Below, in pieces: positions 54,884 through 63,317 of a DNA stretch of 64,000 nucleotides. The translations under genes were made by a program, and so were the position numbers. Position 1 is the first letter of the stretch, and each line of letters starts with the position of its first letter. This DNA comes from an uncultured Gammaproteobacteria bacterium (lineage in GTDB: Bacteria > Patescibacteriota > Microgenomatia > JAMCZE01): assembly GCA_964641255.1 (NCBI GenBank), contig CAZXMM010000001.1, positions 473,984 through 537,983 on the forward strand, written 5' to 3'. The notes below the pieces were generated by a model. The model did not search any database. It was not told the origin of the DNA and saw only the letters and a list, made by a program, of their open reading frames with translations.

Positions 54884-57652
54884 TTAATTTATTGGGGGCA
54901 ATAAATGCTGAATCCCCCTACTAATCCACTCAGCTTTAAAAAGCTCTCCAGCTTCATAAAGCGTTCTTGATTCTTGCTGCCAGAGCTGGGCGTCATAAAG
55001 ATTAGCGGCTACGGGATTCCAAATTGGAGTAATTTTTTTAGCTGAGTCAATATATCTATCCGCCTTCTCCACCTGATACAGTACGTAAGAAGGGGCCCTT
55101 TGGCCACTATATTTATGGTAAAGATTGTTTAGAATGTCCCAAAAAAAGTAATTTGCAGCTATCAAGTTTTGTCTAACCTGGGAATTCGATTGTTGTCTTA
55201 GCAGCCAAGACAACTCGTTTTGTTGGTAGGTAAGGTCGTAACTTATACTCAGCCATTTTGATCTATTAGTAATGGCATTAACATAAGTGTTGACTTTGTT
55301 AGAAATTATTTTGGCTCTGGCACCAGGTACCCGCGCTATAGCTTCGTTAAATCGGTCAAGCAGAGAGGTGATGGTTTCCTCTGTAAACAGTTGTGAGGGA
55401 TTAGCAACAAAGGCAAACTTTTTGTTTTGCACAGTTCCCGAAGAAATTGTGCCGCCGGTTTCGCGAATAAGCGTTTGCTGGTTGTAAGCAGCAAAGTAAC
55501 TTTCTAATTTATAGCTGCCCGTTCCCGTGCCCTCCAGCTGGATTGTGTAAGTCTGAGGGCTGGGGTTTTTAACAAAAACCGCTTGTTGATTAATATTAAT
55601 TCCAACTTCAACACCACTTCCGTCATAGACTTTAATCTTGGCTGGAGAGTGAATTAAGAACAGTAAGATGGAGTCAGTAGCTGGCCCGCTAATCTCAATC
55701 GGCCCAGAAAGCGAGAATGTAGCTAAAACAGTCGCTAGCCCGTGGTTACTGCTGAAATAATTAGTGTGGGTAACTGGAATTTTTTCATCAGACACGTCAC
55801 TAAGTGATGAACTGGTTGCTAATACTGTGCCATCACCAGTGTTGGTTGTAGCTGACACGAATTTACCGTCAGTCCAAAGCCCCAGCCTTTGCTCAAAGGC
55901 TAGTGGACTGCTTACTTGATAGGTACTGTCGGTGGGTGTATTTAGCCCAGACAGGGTTTTAAGATTTTGTTTCAAATCATCTGAAGGGGCTTGCAAGGCC
56001 ATAAGGGTTGGGTTTTGAGCTTGTGAGCTCATTTGTGAATAGGGCTTACCATCAATGTAGTTAAATATTGGCAAAATATCTTTAACCGAGGGAATATTTG
56101 CCTGAACGATATCTTTGCGAGTGAGATTGGTCCCTCCGGTCGCCCTGATGGCAACCTCCTCAATCACTCTGAGAATTGGATTCGGCTCATCAATGACTCC
56201 CCCCTCCCAAAACTTATAGGCCCCTAAAGCGCCCTTGACTGGTGACCCGCCGGTAATTAGCTTATCAATATGGTCAGCACAACCGGAAATTTTTTCGTAG
56301 CAGTAGATGGCAACAATGCCGCCCAGACTGTGGCCTACAATATTCGCTTTTTTACCAGGACTTTGGCTTTCAACTGTAGATTGAAGATAAGTTTTAAGTT
56401 GCTGAGCAGAGCTGGCTACAGGCTGGCGCCAATCGTAAGCAAAAACAAAAAGATTTTGATTTTCCACCAAACCGGAATTCTTAAGGGTCTTAAGCAGCGG
56501 CTGGTAGTAATCATCGGTGAAGAGGGGCGTAAGTATCCATTCGTCTGGAGTGGTAGCACCCTTTTCTACTAAGCCTTTGTAAGACCAGCTACCACCCAAC
56601 CCTGGTAAAAAAACCACCGGGTTCGCGGTGGGGGGCGGTGGTGGGGTTACATTCACGTCTGCGTAGTATATTCCTAGACCTTCGACACCAACAAAGACCC
56701 TTCCATCTTTGACATCCAGCCCCAAGGTATTTCTTGTTCCCCAAGCTGGATCCTGAATATTTTCCCAAGTCTCCGCCCCATCCCTGCTCATCCAAAGCCC
56801 ACCGCCATAATTTAGCCTACTAGCAAATAGGTTTCCATTTTGGTCCTGAGCTAATCGAAACGCCGGGCTATTGATACCATTACTTTTGATAGTCCAGTTA
56901 CTACCCTCATTGACCGATTTATAAATACCAGCGCTGGGCGGATACTGAGATGCATAAAGGACACTTTCATTATTTTTGTCAATTAGTACATTAGAGTAAA
57001 CTCTGTTTAAAGGTAGTAAGTTCCAGCTTGTGCCGTTGTCGGCACTTTTAAACAAATTAGGATCCGCACCAGCGTATACTCTCAGGGAGTTCTGGTCAAT
57101 TGAAATTTGGCCACTATTTTGGTTTCCGAAGGCTTGAATTTTTGACCAATTAGCACCTCCGTTTGTAGTTTTATAAAGCCCTGACTCAGGACTCCCGTTT
57201 GTATTGCCTATCCCGACGTAGAGTACGCTTTGGGTTTGCGGATGGATTTCAACGGATCTTGGGTAGTCAGAAGTAAAAATTTTGTTCCAGTTTGCTCCCA
57301 TGTTGGGTGACGTATAAATACCACCGCCCCATAAGCTGATTGCAATAGTATTCTCTGGTCCAAGTGAAATCCAGTTAATATCATGGCCGCCTACAAGGTC
57401 ACCCTTAACACTGGTCCAGGATTCACCAAAATCGTCTGTTTTAAGCAGGTCATATGTATCGCTATTGTCTGACTGTATTGCTGCATATAGTGTTAAGCTG
57501 TCATAAACCGATCCTCTTATGAAAGAAGTTGCTCCGTTGAATTCATAAGATGGGATCCATGTAACTGCTAGTATCTGTTTAGGAAAGAAAAAAATAATGA
57601 TAAGGAGAATTGTTAAAAGGTAGCAAATGGTGATTGAAGTAAATTTGATCAA
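54884..57652 (-). CDS. Secreted multidomain protein: N-terminal BNR/Asp-box beta-propeller, Pro linker, LCAT-like alpha/beta-hydrolase (lipase/acyltransferase) domain, and C-terminal domain of unknown function
   Basis: N-terminal signal/TM. At least six S-x-D-x-G-x-(T/N)-W repeats ('TDDFGESWTSV','SPNMGANWNKI','TTNGGANWSKI','SADNGTSWNLL','SVNEGSNWTIK','SRDGAETWENI'). Then 'TPPPPPTANPVVFLPGLGGSW', 'AYDWRQ' and nucleophile elbow 'GHSLGG', the hallmark of LCAT/PGAP1-type lipases. Confidence 0.6.
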   Translation of the reverse strand: MIKFTSITICYLLTILLIIIFFFPKQILAVTWIPSYEFNGATSFIRGSVYDSLTLYAAIQSDNSDTYDLLKTDDFGESWTSVKGDLVGGHDINWISLGPENTIAISLWGGGIYTSPNMGANWNKIFTSDYPRSVEIHPQTQSVLYVGIGNTNGSPESGLYKTTNGGANWSKIQAFGNQNSGQISIDQNSLRVYAGADPNLFKSADNGTSWNLLPLNRVYSNVLIDKNNESVLYASQYPPSAGIYKSVNEGSNWTIKSNGINSPAFRLAQDQNGNLFASRLNYGGGLWMSRDGAETWENIQDPAWGTRNTLGLDVKDGRVFVGVEGLGIYYADVNVTPPPPPTANPVVFLPGLGGSWSYKGLVEKGATTPDEWILTPLFTDDYYQPLLKTLKNSGLVENQNLFVFAYDWRQPVASSAQQLKTYLQSTVESQSPGKKANIVGHSLGGIVAIYCYEKISGCADHIDKLITGGSPVKGALGAYKFWEGGVIDEPNPILRVIEEVAIRATGGTNLTRKDIVQANIPSVKDILPIFNYIDGKPYSQMSSQAQNPTLMALQAPSDDLKQNLKTLSGLNTPTDSTYQVSSPLAFEQRLGLWTDGKFVSATTNTGDGTVLATSSSLSDVSDEKIPVTHTNYFSSNHGLATVLATFSLSGPIEISGPATDSILLFLIHSPAKIKVYDGSGVEVGININQQAVFVKNPSPQTYTIQLEGTGTGSYKLESYFAAYNQQTLIRETGGTISSGTVQNKKFAFVANPSQLFTEETITSLLDRFNEAIARVPGARAKIISNKVNTYVNAITNRSKWLSISYDLTYQQNELSWLLRQQSNSQVRQNLIAANYFFWDILNNLYHKYSGQRAPSYVLYQVEKADRYIDSAKKITPIWNPVAANLYDAQLWQQESRTLYEAGELFKAEWISRGIQHLLPPIN

Positions 57653-57712
57653 CGTATAAATTACTATAAGAGTACTATATTATTAGTAGAATCTAATTTA
57701 ACTAATGTCAAG

Positions 57713-58477
57713 ATGTCAAAAATTTCTGTAGTTATACCCACATATAATAGTGAAGATCTACTGGGTCGATGTTTGTCGAGTATTAAGTGGGCAAACGAAA
57801 TTATTGTTATCGACATGGGTTCCACGGACAAAACTGTAGAAATTGCTAAAAAGTTCGGCGCTAAAATATACAAGCGTATCCCGCTTAATGGTAATTTTGA
57901 TCTTAACCGAAAGTATGGAATGCAACTTTGTAAGGGCGACTGGATTTTAAAGTTGGATAGTGACGAGGTTTTGAGCAGCGAGCTTCAAGATGAGATTAAG
58001 ACCTTCTTGAAAAATGACACAAAAGAAAAAGCTAATGGATTTTATTTCTATAATAGACTTTTTTGGTTTGGGCTGCAGATAAAGCATGGTTGTGTTAAGC
58101 CAAAATCTCATGAGTTGCGCTTAGTTAGAAACGGGCACTGGCAATATGAACCGTTTTGTTTTCACCAGCTAATAACCGTGAATGGGAAAGTTGGTTTCTT
58201 TAAGAATTACTACGACCACTATAACTATAGAACGGTTTCCGAATTTATCCAAAAAACAAACAATTACACTTCGCTTGATTCAAAAATAATCGCTAGCGCA
58301 AAGAGATATGGGTTTACACAGAGTATATTCTTTCCGTTTGCCACTTTTTTTCGATTATATTTTTTCCAAAAAGGATTTATTGACGGTAATATAGGATTTA
58401 TTTCCAGTTTTCTATTTTCTTTCTATAATTTTGTGCTTAAGACCAAGGTTTGGGAGCAACACAACTGCAAGCAATAA
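57713..58477 (+). CDS. Glycosyltransferase family 2
   Basis: 'ISVVIPTYNSEDLLGRCLSSI...IIVIDMGSTDKT..LDSDE'. Confidence 0.8.
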   Translation: MSKISVVIPTYNSEDLLGRCLSSIKWANEIIVIDMGSTDKTVEIAKKFGAKIYKRIPLNGNFDLNRKYGMQLCKGDWILKLDSDEVLSSELQDEIKTFLKNDTKEKANGFYFYNRLFWFGLQIKHGCVKPKSHELRLVRNGHWQYEPFCFHQLITVNGKVGFFKNYYDHYNYRTVSEFIQKTNNYTSLDSKIIASAKRYGFTQSIFFPFATFFRLYFFQKGFIDGNIGFISSFLFSFYNFVLKTKVWEQHNCKQ

Positions 58478-58478
58478 T

Positions 58479-59351
58479 TTATTTGTAAGCAAATATAATT
58501 ATATCCTGGAATATACCTTGCTCAAACGGTGCTTTTAGTGGGGTCGTTAGAAGGTATGAAAATTTATTGTTCTCGAGAATTCTTAGAAATTTAGACAAAT
58601 CATCAGGTTTTTCTGAATGGTGATGATGATATTCTGTCACTATTTTTTTAATAAGTGGGAGCCGCTTACTTTTCTGTAGTTCTGCAAGAACTACGTCTTC
58701 AGCCCCCTCAATATCTAACTTTAGAAGATCAACCCTTCCTTTTATGAAGGGGGATAGGGTTTTGGCCTCAACAGTTTTAGGCCTGTTGATTGCTTTTCGC
58801 ATGGAATAAACACTTTTATAGAGACTATTTAATCCGGATCCAGGTTCAGTTGGGTTTGAGTAAAATTTTATTCGAGTGTTCTTATCATAAACTGCATAGT
58901 TATAAATCTTGACATCGCGTAAGTTGTTTTCTTCAACGTTTCGCTTAAGTAGTCTAAAGGTAATAGGATCAGCCTCAAAAGTAATTATTTTAGCTGTGGG
59001 GTAAAGCCACTTAAAGTAAAGTGCAGTATCGATGTTTCCGCCGCAATCGAATATAGTTGGACTTTTAGAATCTGGTTCAAAATAGTATTCATTTCGAATA
59101 TATGATTCCTCAAACAAATGAATATAGTGAATCAGACTATAAAAGTTGATGGTATAGTCAAATATTTGAACGCTTTTAAGTTTAAAACCAAGTATAATCT
59201 CGAATAGGATATGCTTTGCACATAGCTCAAAGTAGGTTTTAAGGATTAGCCATTTTTTGGGTTTGATTGGGGCGGGTAGTTGTATCCAGATTGATATGCA
59301 ATTTCTGAAAAAGCTTTTGGTTGATTGGAGTAATATGAATAGACTATTCAT
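58479..59351 (-). CDS. FkbM-family methyltransferase
   Basis: 'FDCGGNIDTALYFKWLYPTAKIITFEADPITFRLLKRNV' fits the FkbM domain. The long N-terminal extension may not be real. Confidence 0.65.
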   Translation of the reverse strand: MNSLFILLQSTKSFFRNCISIWIQLPAPIKPKKWLILKTYFELCAKHILFEIILGFKLKSVQIFDYTINFYSLIHYIHLFEESYIRNEYYFEPDSKSPTIFDCGGNIDTALYFKWLYPTAKIITFEADPITFRLLKRNVEENNLRDVKIYNYAVYDKNTRIKFYSNPTEPGSGLNSLYKSVYSMRKAINRPKTVEAKTLSPFIKGRVDLLKLDIEGAEDVVLAELQKSKRLPLIKKIVTEYHHHHSEKPDDLSKFLRILENNKFSYLLTTPLKAPFEQGIFQDIIIFAYK

Positions 59352-59368
59352 GGTTGTTTGATTTTACT

Positions 59369-60502
59369 ATGAAAATAGCGATAGTACGAGGGGACTATTT
59401 ATCCTCATGGGAAATATCAAATTATTTGAGTCTTCTTAAGAATAATGAGGTTACTATCTTCATTGGGAGAGCACCAGTGTATAAAGTGGCAATACCGTCA
59501 AGTTTTAAGGTGGTTTCTTTAATTTCCCCAGCTGATTTAAACTTCGGAAAGGTTTCGAGAATAAAAATGTCAATACTTAATAGATTATTTATTGACGCAC
59601 ATTTGTTATTTGGTCTTGAGCAGAGGCTAAAAGACTTCGATGTAGCTTATGTGTCCGAAACGTTTTACGGTTTTACCCAACAATGTATATGGGCGAAAAA
59701 CAAAGGATACTTGAAAAGTGTAGTTAGTCACGCTAGTGAGAACACGCCTTTTAATAATGAAGGAATCTGGGGAAGAAAAGCTTTCAAACAAAGAGCTTTA
59801 AAAGAGGTTGATAAATTTGTAGCAATTACGGAGGGCGCTAAAAAGGTGTTGTTACAAGAGGGCTGTGATCCTAAGAAAATCGTTCGGCTGCAGCCAGGTG
59901 TTGATCTGGAAGTTTTTAAGCCAGTTAAGGTCGTTAAATATCGTAATCTTGATAAGAATAAAAATGTGAAATTACTTTTTGTGGGTAGGTTAGTTCCAGA
60001 AAAGGGAATTCTTCAAATTATGGAAAAGTTTTCCAATCTTTATAAAAAACATCCTAATATCGAATTAATTATTGCAGATCGGGGCCCCTTAGCGCCTCTA
60101 GTTGAGGAGTTTGCAAAAAGCCATAAAAATGTTTTCTATTTAGGAAGAATTGACGATTATTCAAAAATGAACCAGCTGTATTCCTTGTGTGACATATATT
60201 TACATTATTCTATAGGTTCCAGTACCTGGGTAGAACAATACGGTTTCACTCCGATTGAGGCAATGGCTTGTGGGCTTCCGGTTCTTGGTCTTGATAAGGG
60301 ATCGGTCAAAGAAGTAGTAAGAGAAGGCGGATTTGTTGTAGATGCAAAAAAGTATGATAGTATACTGGAAAAGCTAATACTGGATTCAGGACTTAGAAGT
60401 AGGACAGGTAAAAAAGCGCTAAAATTAGTTAATAAAAGATATAACGCACTTCAACATGGCAAGGATCTCGAAAAAATCTTCAGAGCTACACTGTCAGCAT
60501 AA
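59369..60502 (+). CDS. Glycosyltransferase family 4
   Basis: 'MKIAIVRG' N-terminus and 'FTPIEAMACGLPVLGLDKGSVKEVV'. ATG at 59369 is preferred to the upstream TTG at 59354. Confidence 0.8.
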   Translation: MKIAIVRGDYLSSWEISNYLSLLKNNEVTIFIGRAPVYKVAIPSSFKVVSLISPADLNFGKVSRIKMSILNRLFIDAHLLFGLEQRLKDFDVAYVSETFYGFTQQCIWAKNKGYLKSVVSHASENTPFNNEGIWGRKAFKQRALKEVDKFVAITEGAKKVLLQEGCDPKKIVRLQPGVDLEVFKPVKVVKYRNLDKNKNVKLLFVGRLVPEKGILQIMEKFSNLYKKHPNIELIIADRGPLAPLVEEFAKSHKNVFYLGRIDDYSKMNQLYSLCDIYLHYSIGSSTWVEQYGFTPIEAMACGLPVLGLDKGSVKEVVREGGFVVDAKKYDSILEKLILDSGLRSRTGKKALKLVNKRYNALQHGKDLEKIFRATLSA

Positions 60503-61259
60503 CTGGCAGAAATTCTTTTCTATCCCCAAGTGTACGCTCGAGAAATGTACCAACTGTGGACTCATAAGAACAGTCAGTAAAAAAAAGACGCTTAATGAGT
60601 ATAGTGAGACTGATATCGAAGAAGCCGTCAAACTTTATTGGCTCCGTGGCGAGGAATGGAGAGCTTTTTCTAGAAAATTTATTGATAACCTTCCTACCAA
60701 AAAGGGGAGACTTTTAGATATAGGCTGTGGCTCAGGATATGTAGTTGCTGAAGCTAACAGGAGAGGCTTAATAGCCACTGGAATCGATCCGTCGAAAGGT
60801 ATGATCTATTTTGGTAAGAAGAGAATTGATCCTAATCTCATTGCTATTCCCCTTGAAAAATACCACCCCAAGGATAAGTTTGATTATGTAACGATGAATC
60901 ACGTTTTGGAGCACATTACGGAATTGTCTACGTGTTTAAAACAAATTAAGAGCTTACTGAAGTATAATGGAAAACTTATGGTGGCTTGTCCTAATATTAA
61001 CTCCCTAACTTTTAGAATTTTTCAAGAAAGATGGTACCCACTTTCTCCATGGGAGCATATATGGCAATTTACGCCGGAAACCTTGGAAATGGTGATAAAG
61101 AATGAAGGATATACAATAAAGAAGCGTGTAGTTAACAGCATGAGCTATAATCCCAAAAATCCCATAAAGAAGCTAGCCTTTATTATCCTTACTACTCTAG
61201 CAAACATTTCAGGCTATGGCGATCAAATAATAATTGTCGCTCAAAAAGATGAAAAGTAA
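60456..61259 (+). CDS. Class I SAM-dependent methyltransferase with an N-terminal Cys-rich (zinc-ribbon-like) segment
   Basis: 'LLDIGCGSGYVVAEANRRGLIATGIDPS' is motif I. 'CTLEKCTNCG' is upstream. Start uncertain (47-bp overlap with the preceding gene). Confidence 0.65.
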   Translation: MARISKKSSELHCQHNWQKFFSIPKCTLEKCTNCGLIRTVSKKKTLNEYSETDIEEAVKLYWLRGEEWRAFSRKFIDNLPTKKGRLLDIGCGSGYVVAEANRRGLIATGIDPSKGMIYFGKKRIDPNLIAIPLEKYHPKDKFDYVTMNHVLEHITELSTCLKQIKSLLKYNGKLMVACPNINSLTFRIFQERWYPLSPWEHIWQFTPETLEMVIKNEGYTIKKRVVNSMSYNPKNPIKKLAFIILTTLANISGYGDQIIIVAQKDEK

Positions 61260-61971
61260 TCTCCAAGTAATCATTGTTGATTTTCGTAGCACGAATATCA
61301 TTTCTCCGTTAGTAAAAAAATTAACTCCATATCTTAAAAGCGTGATTGTCATAGACAACAACAAGATAAATCGTGGATTTGCTGGAGGAGCTAATCAGGG
61401 GTTTAAAAAAGCCGCTAAAAGTAAACCTTCTTACTACCTTCTTCTTAATCCCGATCTTAAATTTTCTCCCACAATTATCTCGACGCTTATCAAAAACGGC
61501 AGTGACATAGTCGGTCCAGTTCTTAAATTCAAACGGCATGGAAATTGGGTTTATGACTTTGGTGGTAAGGTTAACTGGTTCTTAGGAAGAACCACTCACA
61601 TTGAGACCCCTACCCTTGATTTAGGCATGGCCAAAAAAAATATCGATTATGTCAGTGGGGCCTGCATGCTGATTAAAAAAGAAGTCATTGATAAGATCGG
61701 ATATTTCGATGAGCGCTTCTTCATGTACTTTGAAGATGTAGATTTTTGTTTGAGAGCCAAAAAAGCCGGTTTTTCGATTGCGGTAGAGTCAAAAGCCGTC
61801 GTTGAACATGAAATCAAGGAACACCGAGATAGTAACGATGCCACAAAAAAACAATATGCTTTTGCCAGCAATCTCATTTTCGCTCGTAAGTGGGTTCCCG
61901 TTTTTTTTCAGCCCCTTGCCACTATTTATCTTCTTTGGCTCGCGATTAGGATATCTGCCCAATCTCGATGA
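61234..61971 (+). CDS. Glycosyltransferase family 2
   Basis: 'GFAGGANQGFKKA...LLNPDLKF...MYFEDVDFCLRAKKAGF' is a GT2 rhamnosyltransferase-like pattern. Confidence 0.7.
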   Translation: MSLKKMKSNLQVIIVDFRSTNIISPLVKKLTPYLKSVIVIDNNKINRGFAGGANQGFKKAAKSKPSYYLLLNPDLKFSPTIISTLIKNGSDIVGPVLKFKRHGNWVYDFGGKVNWFLGRTTHIETPTLDLGMAKKNIDYVSGACMLIKKEVIDKIGYFDERFFMYFEDVDFCLRAKKAGFSIAVESKAVVEHEIKEHRDSNDATKKQYAFASNLIFARKWVPVFFQPLATIYLLWLAIRISAQSR

Positions 61972-62710
61972 AAAAGTGGCAGCCCTATCTTTCGGTAGTA
62001 ATCCCTGCCTTTAACGAAGCGGCAAATTTCAAAGCCGGGGTCCTAGCCCCAGTCTTTACATTTCTTAAAAAGCAAAAATTTACCTGGGAAGTGATTATTG
62101 TTGATGATGGTTCCAGTGATAACACTTTTAAAACACTTCAAGAATTTAGTAAAAGACAGCAAGGTTGCAGAGTTATTCATATTAAACACGGTGGTAAAGC
62201 TTTTGCAGTTCAAGCAGGAATGCTAGCGGCAAAAGGTAATATCCGTCTCTTTACTGACTTTGATCAATCTACCCCCCTAAAACATTGTCTAGACTTTATC
62301 GAGGCTCACAAGCAGGGAAGCGATGTAGTAATTGGGATTCGCCATGCGTCTACTAAAACCCCTACTAAGGAAGACACTCTGTTTCGCAGATTTCGTAGTT
62401 GGGTATTTGTCGTGATTGTCAGAGTGGTACTTGGGGTTAAGGCCAGGGATACCCAGTGTGGTTTCAAGTCCTTCACTGCCGCTTCCGCAAAAAAGCTTTT
62501 CAGTTCGCTTCCTATTACCACTAGAAATAGGGAGGGGGGGCGTATATGGGGGCATTTGATGTGGAGCTACTATACCAAGCAAAAAAGCATGGCTATAAGA
62601 CAACAGAAGTACCCGTAAGCTGGATAAAGATAGAGTCGACTCGTTTAAATGCCTGGAGAGAGCCTATCAAAATGCTTGTAGATGTTTTTCGTATGAAGTT
62701 ATCAAATTAG
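61968..62710 (+). pseudogene. GT2 polyprenol-phosphate sugar synthase (Dpm1/GtrB-like) interrupted by a frameshift at a G7 homopolymer (62534-62540)
   Basis: The N-terminal 'LSVVIPAFNEAANF...WEVIIVDDGSSDNT...FTDFDQSTP' is in one frame. The conserved C-terminus 'AFDVELLYQAKKHGYKTTEVPVSWIKIESTRLNAW' is in another frame after the poly-G. One extra G would restore a continuous roughly 247-aa protein. Confidence 0.6.
62534..62540 (+). repeat. Homopolymeric G7 tract inside the GT2 coding sequence
   Basis: Counted directly: aaatagGGAGGGGGGGcgt, with G at 62534-62540. It lies in an AT-rich (about 33% GC) region. Confidence 0.9.
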
Positions 62711-62714
62711 CTTC

Positions 62715-63314
62715 ATGAAACAGCTAGCCTTCATTCGCCACTATAAACTAGCTTATCCCTTCGATCACTGGTCAAATCTAACGGTCAAGCAGTTTGTTAA
62801 CTTTACTGAGGGAAGAATTGATCCCGAGATTGACCAGTCTCTAGGCAAGTTTCTTGTTAATAATCCGTTGAGCAAGACGGCAGATCTAATTATATGTGGA
62901 AGCCTACGTAGATCAATTCAAACAGCAGAAATAATCAGTAAAAGTTTTGCAAACAACCCTCCACTAATATCCAATCAATTATTTGATGAAATTCCACAAA
63001 TAATAATGGAAAAGTTATCTGAGCCACAGTTTGAAGCAATGAAGCTTAATAAAAAGCTGCAAGTCAAAAAGAAGCGAGTATTAAATACTAGAGAAAAGCT
63101 CAGTCGGATAATGAAGATAGATAACTATTTAGCAACTTTGCCAGAATCCAAAATATTAATTGTTACCCACAGTTACCTTATTGGACTTCTGAATTATTGG
63201 TATGCGGTAATAGATAGGAACCGAACAACTTTTAATGTCAATGATGCCGAACATAACGAGCTGGGTGGTGTATTGAAGGGATTTACCGTAAGAATACCTG
63301 ATGAGAACAGATAA
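62715..63314 (+). CDS. Histidine phosphatase superfamily protein (phosphoglycerate-mutase-like branch)
   Basis: N-terminal 'AFIRHYKLAYP' (RHG-like motif) and C-terminal 'ILIVTHSYLIGLL' (catalytic His). Confidence 0.5.
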   Translation: MKQLAFIRHYKLAYPFDHWSNLTVKQFVNFTEGRIDPEIDQSLGKFLVNNPLSKTADLIICGSLRRSIQTAEIISKSFANNPPLISNQLFDEIPQIIMEKLSEPQFEAMKLNKKLQVKKKRVLNTREKLSRIMKIDNYLATLPESKILIVTHSYLIGLLNYWYAVIDRNRTTFNVNDAEHNELGGVLKGFTVRIPDENR

Positions 63315-63317
63315 GTG

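Noticed and set aside
54888-54905. Hairpin TTTATTG-GGGG-CAATAAA downstream of tRNA-Val as a bidirectional terminator
   Set aside because: It lies inside the last codons of the convergent 922-aa ORF (stop at 54884-54886). The stem is AT-rich and weak. At most it is a minor tRNA 3' processing or termination signal.
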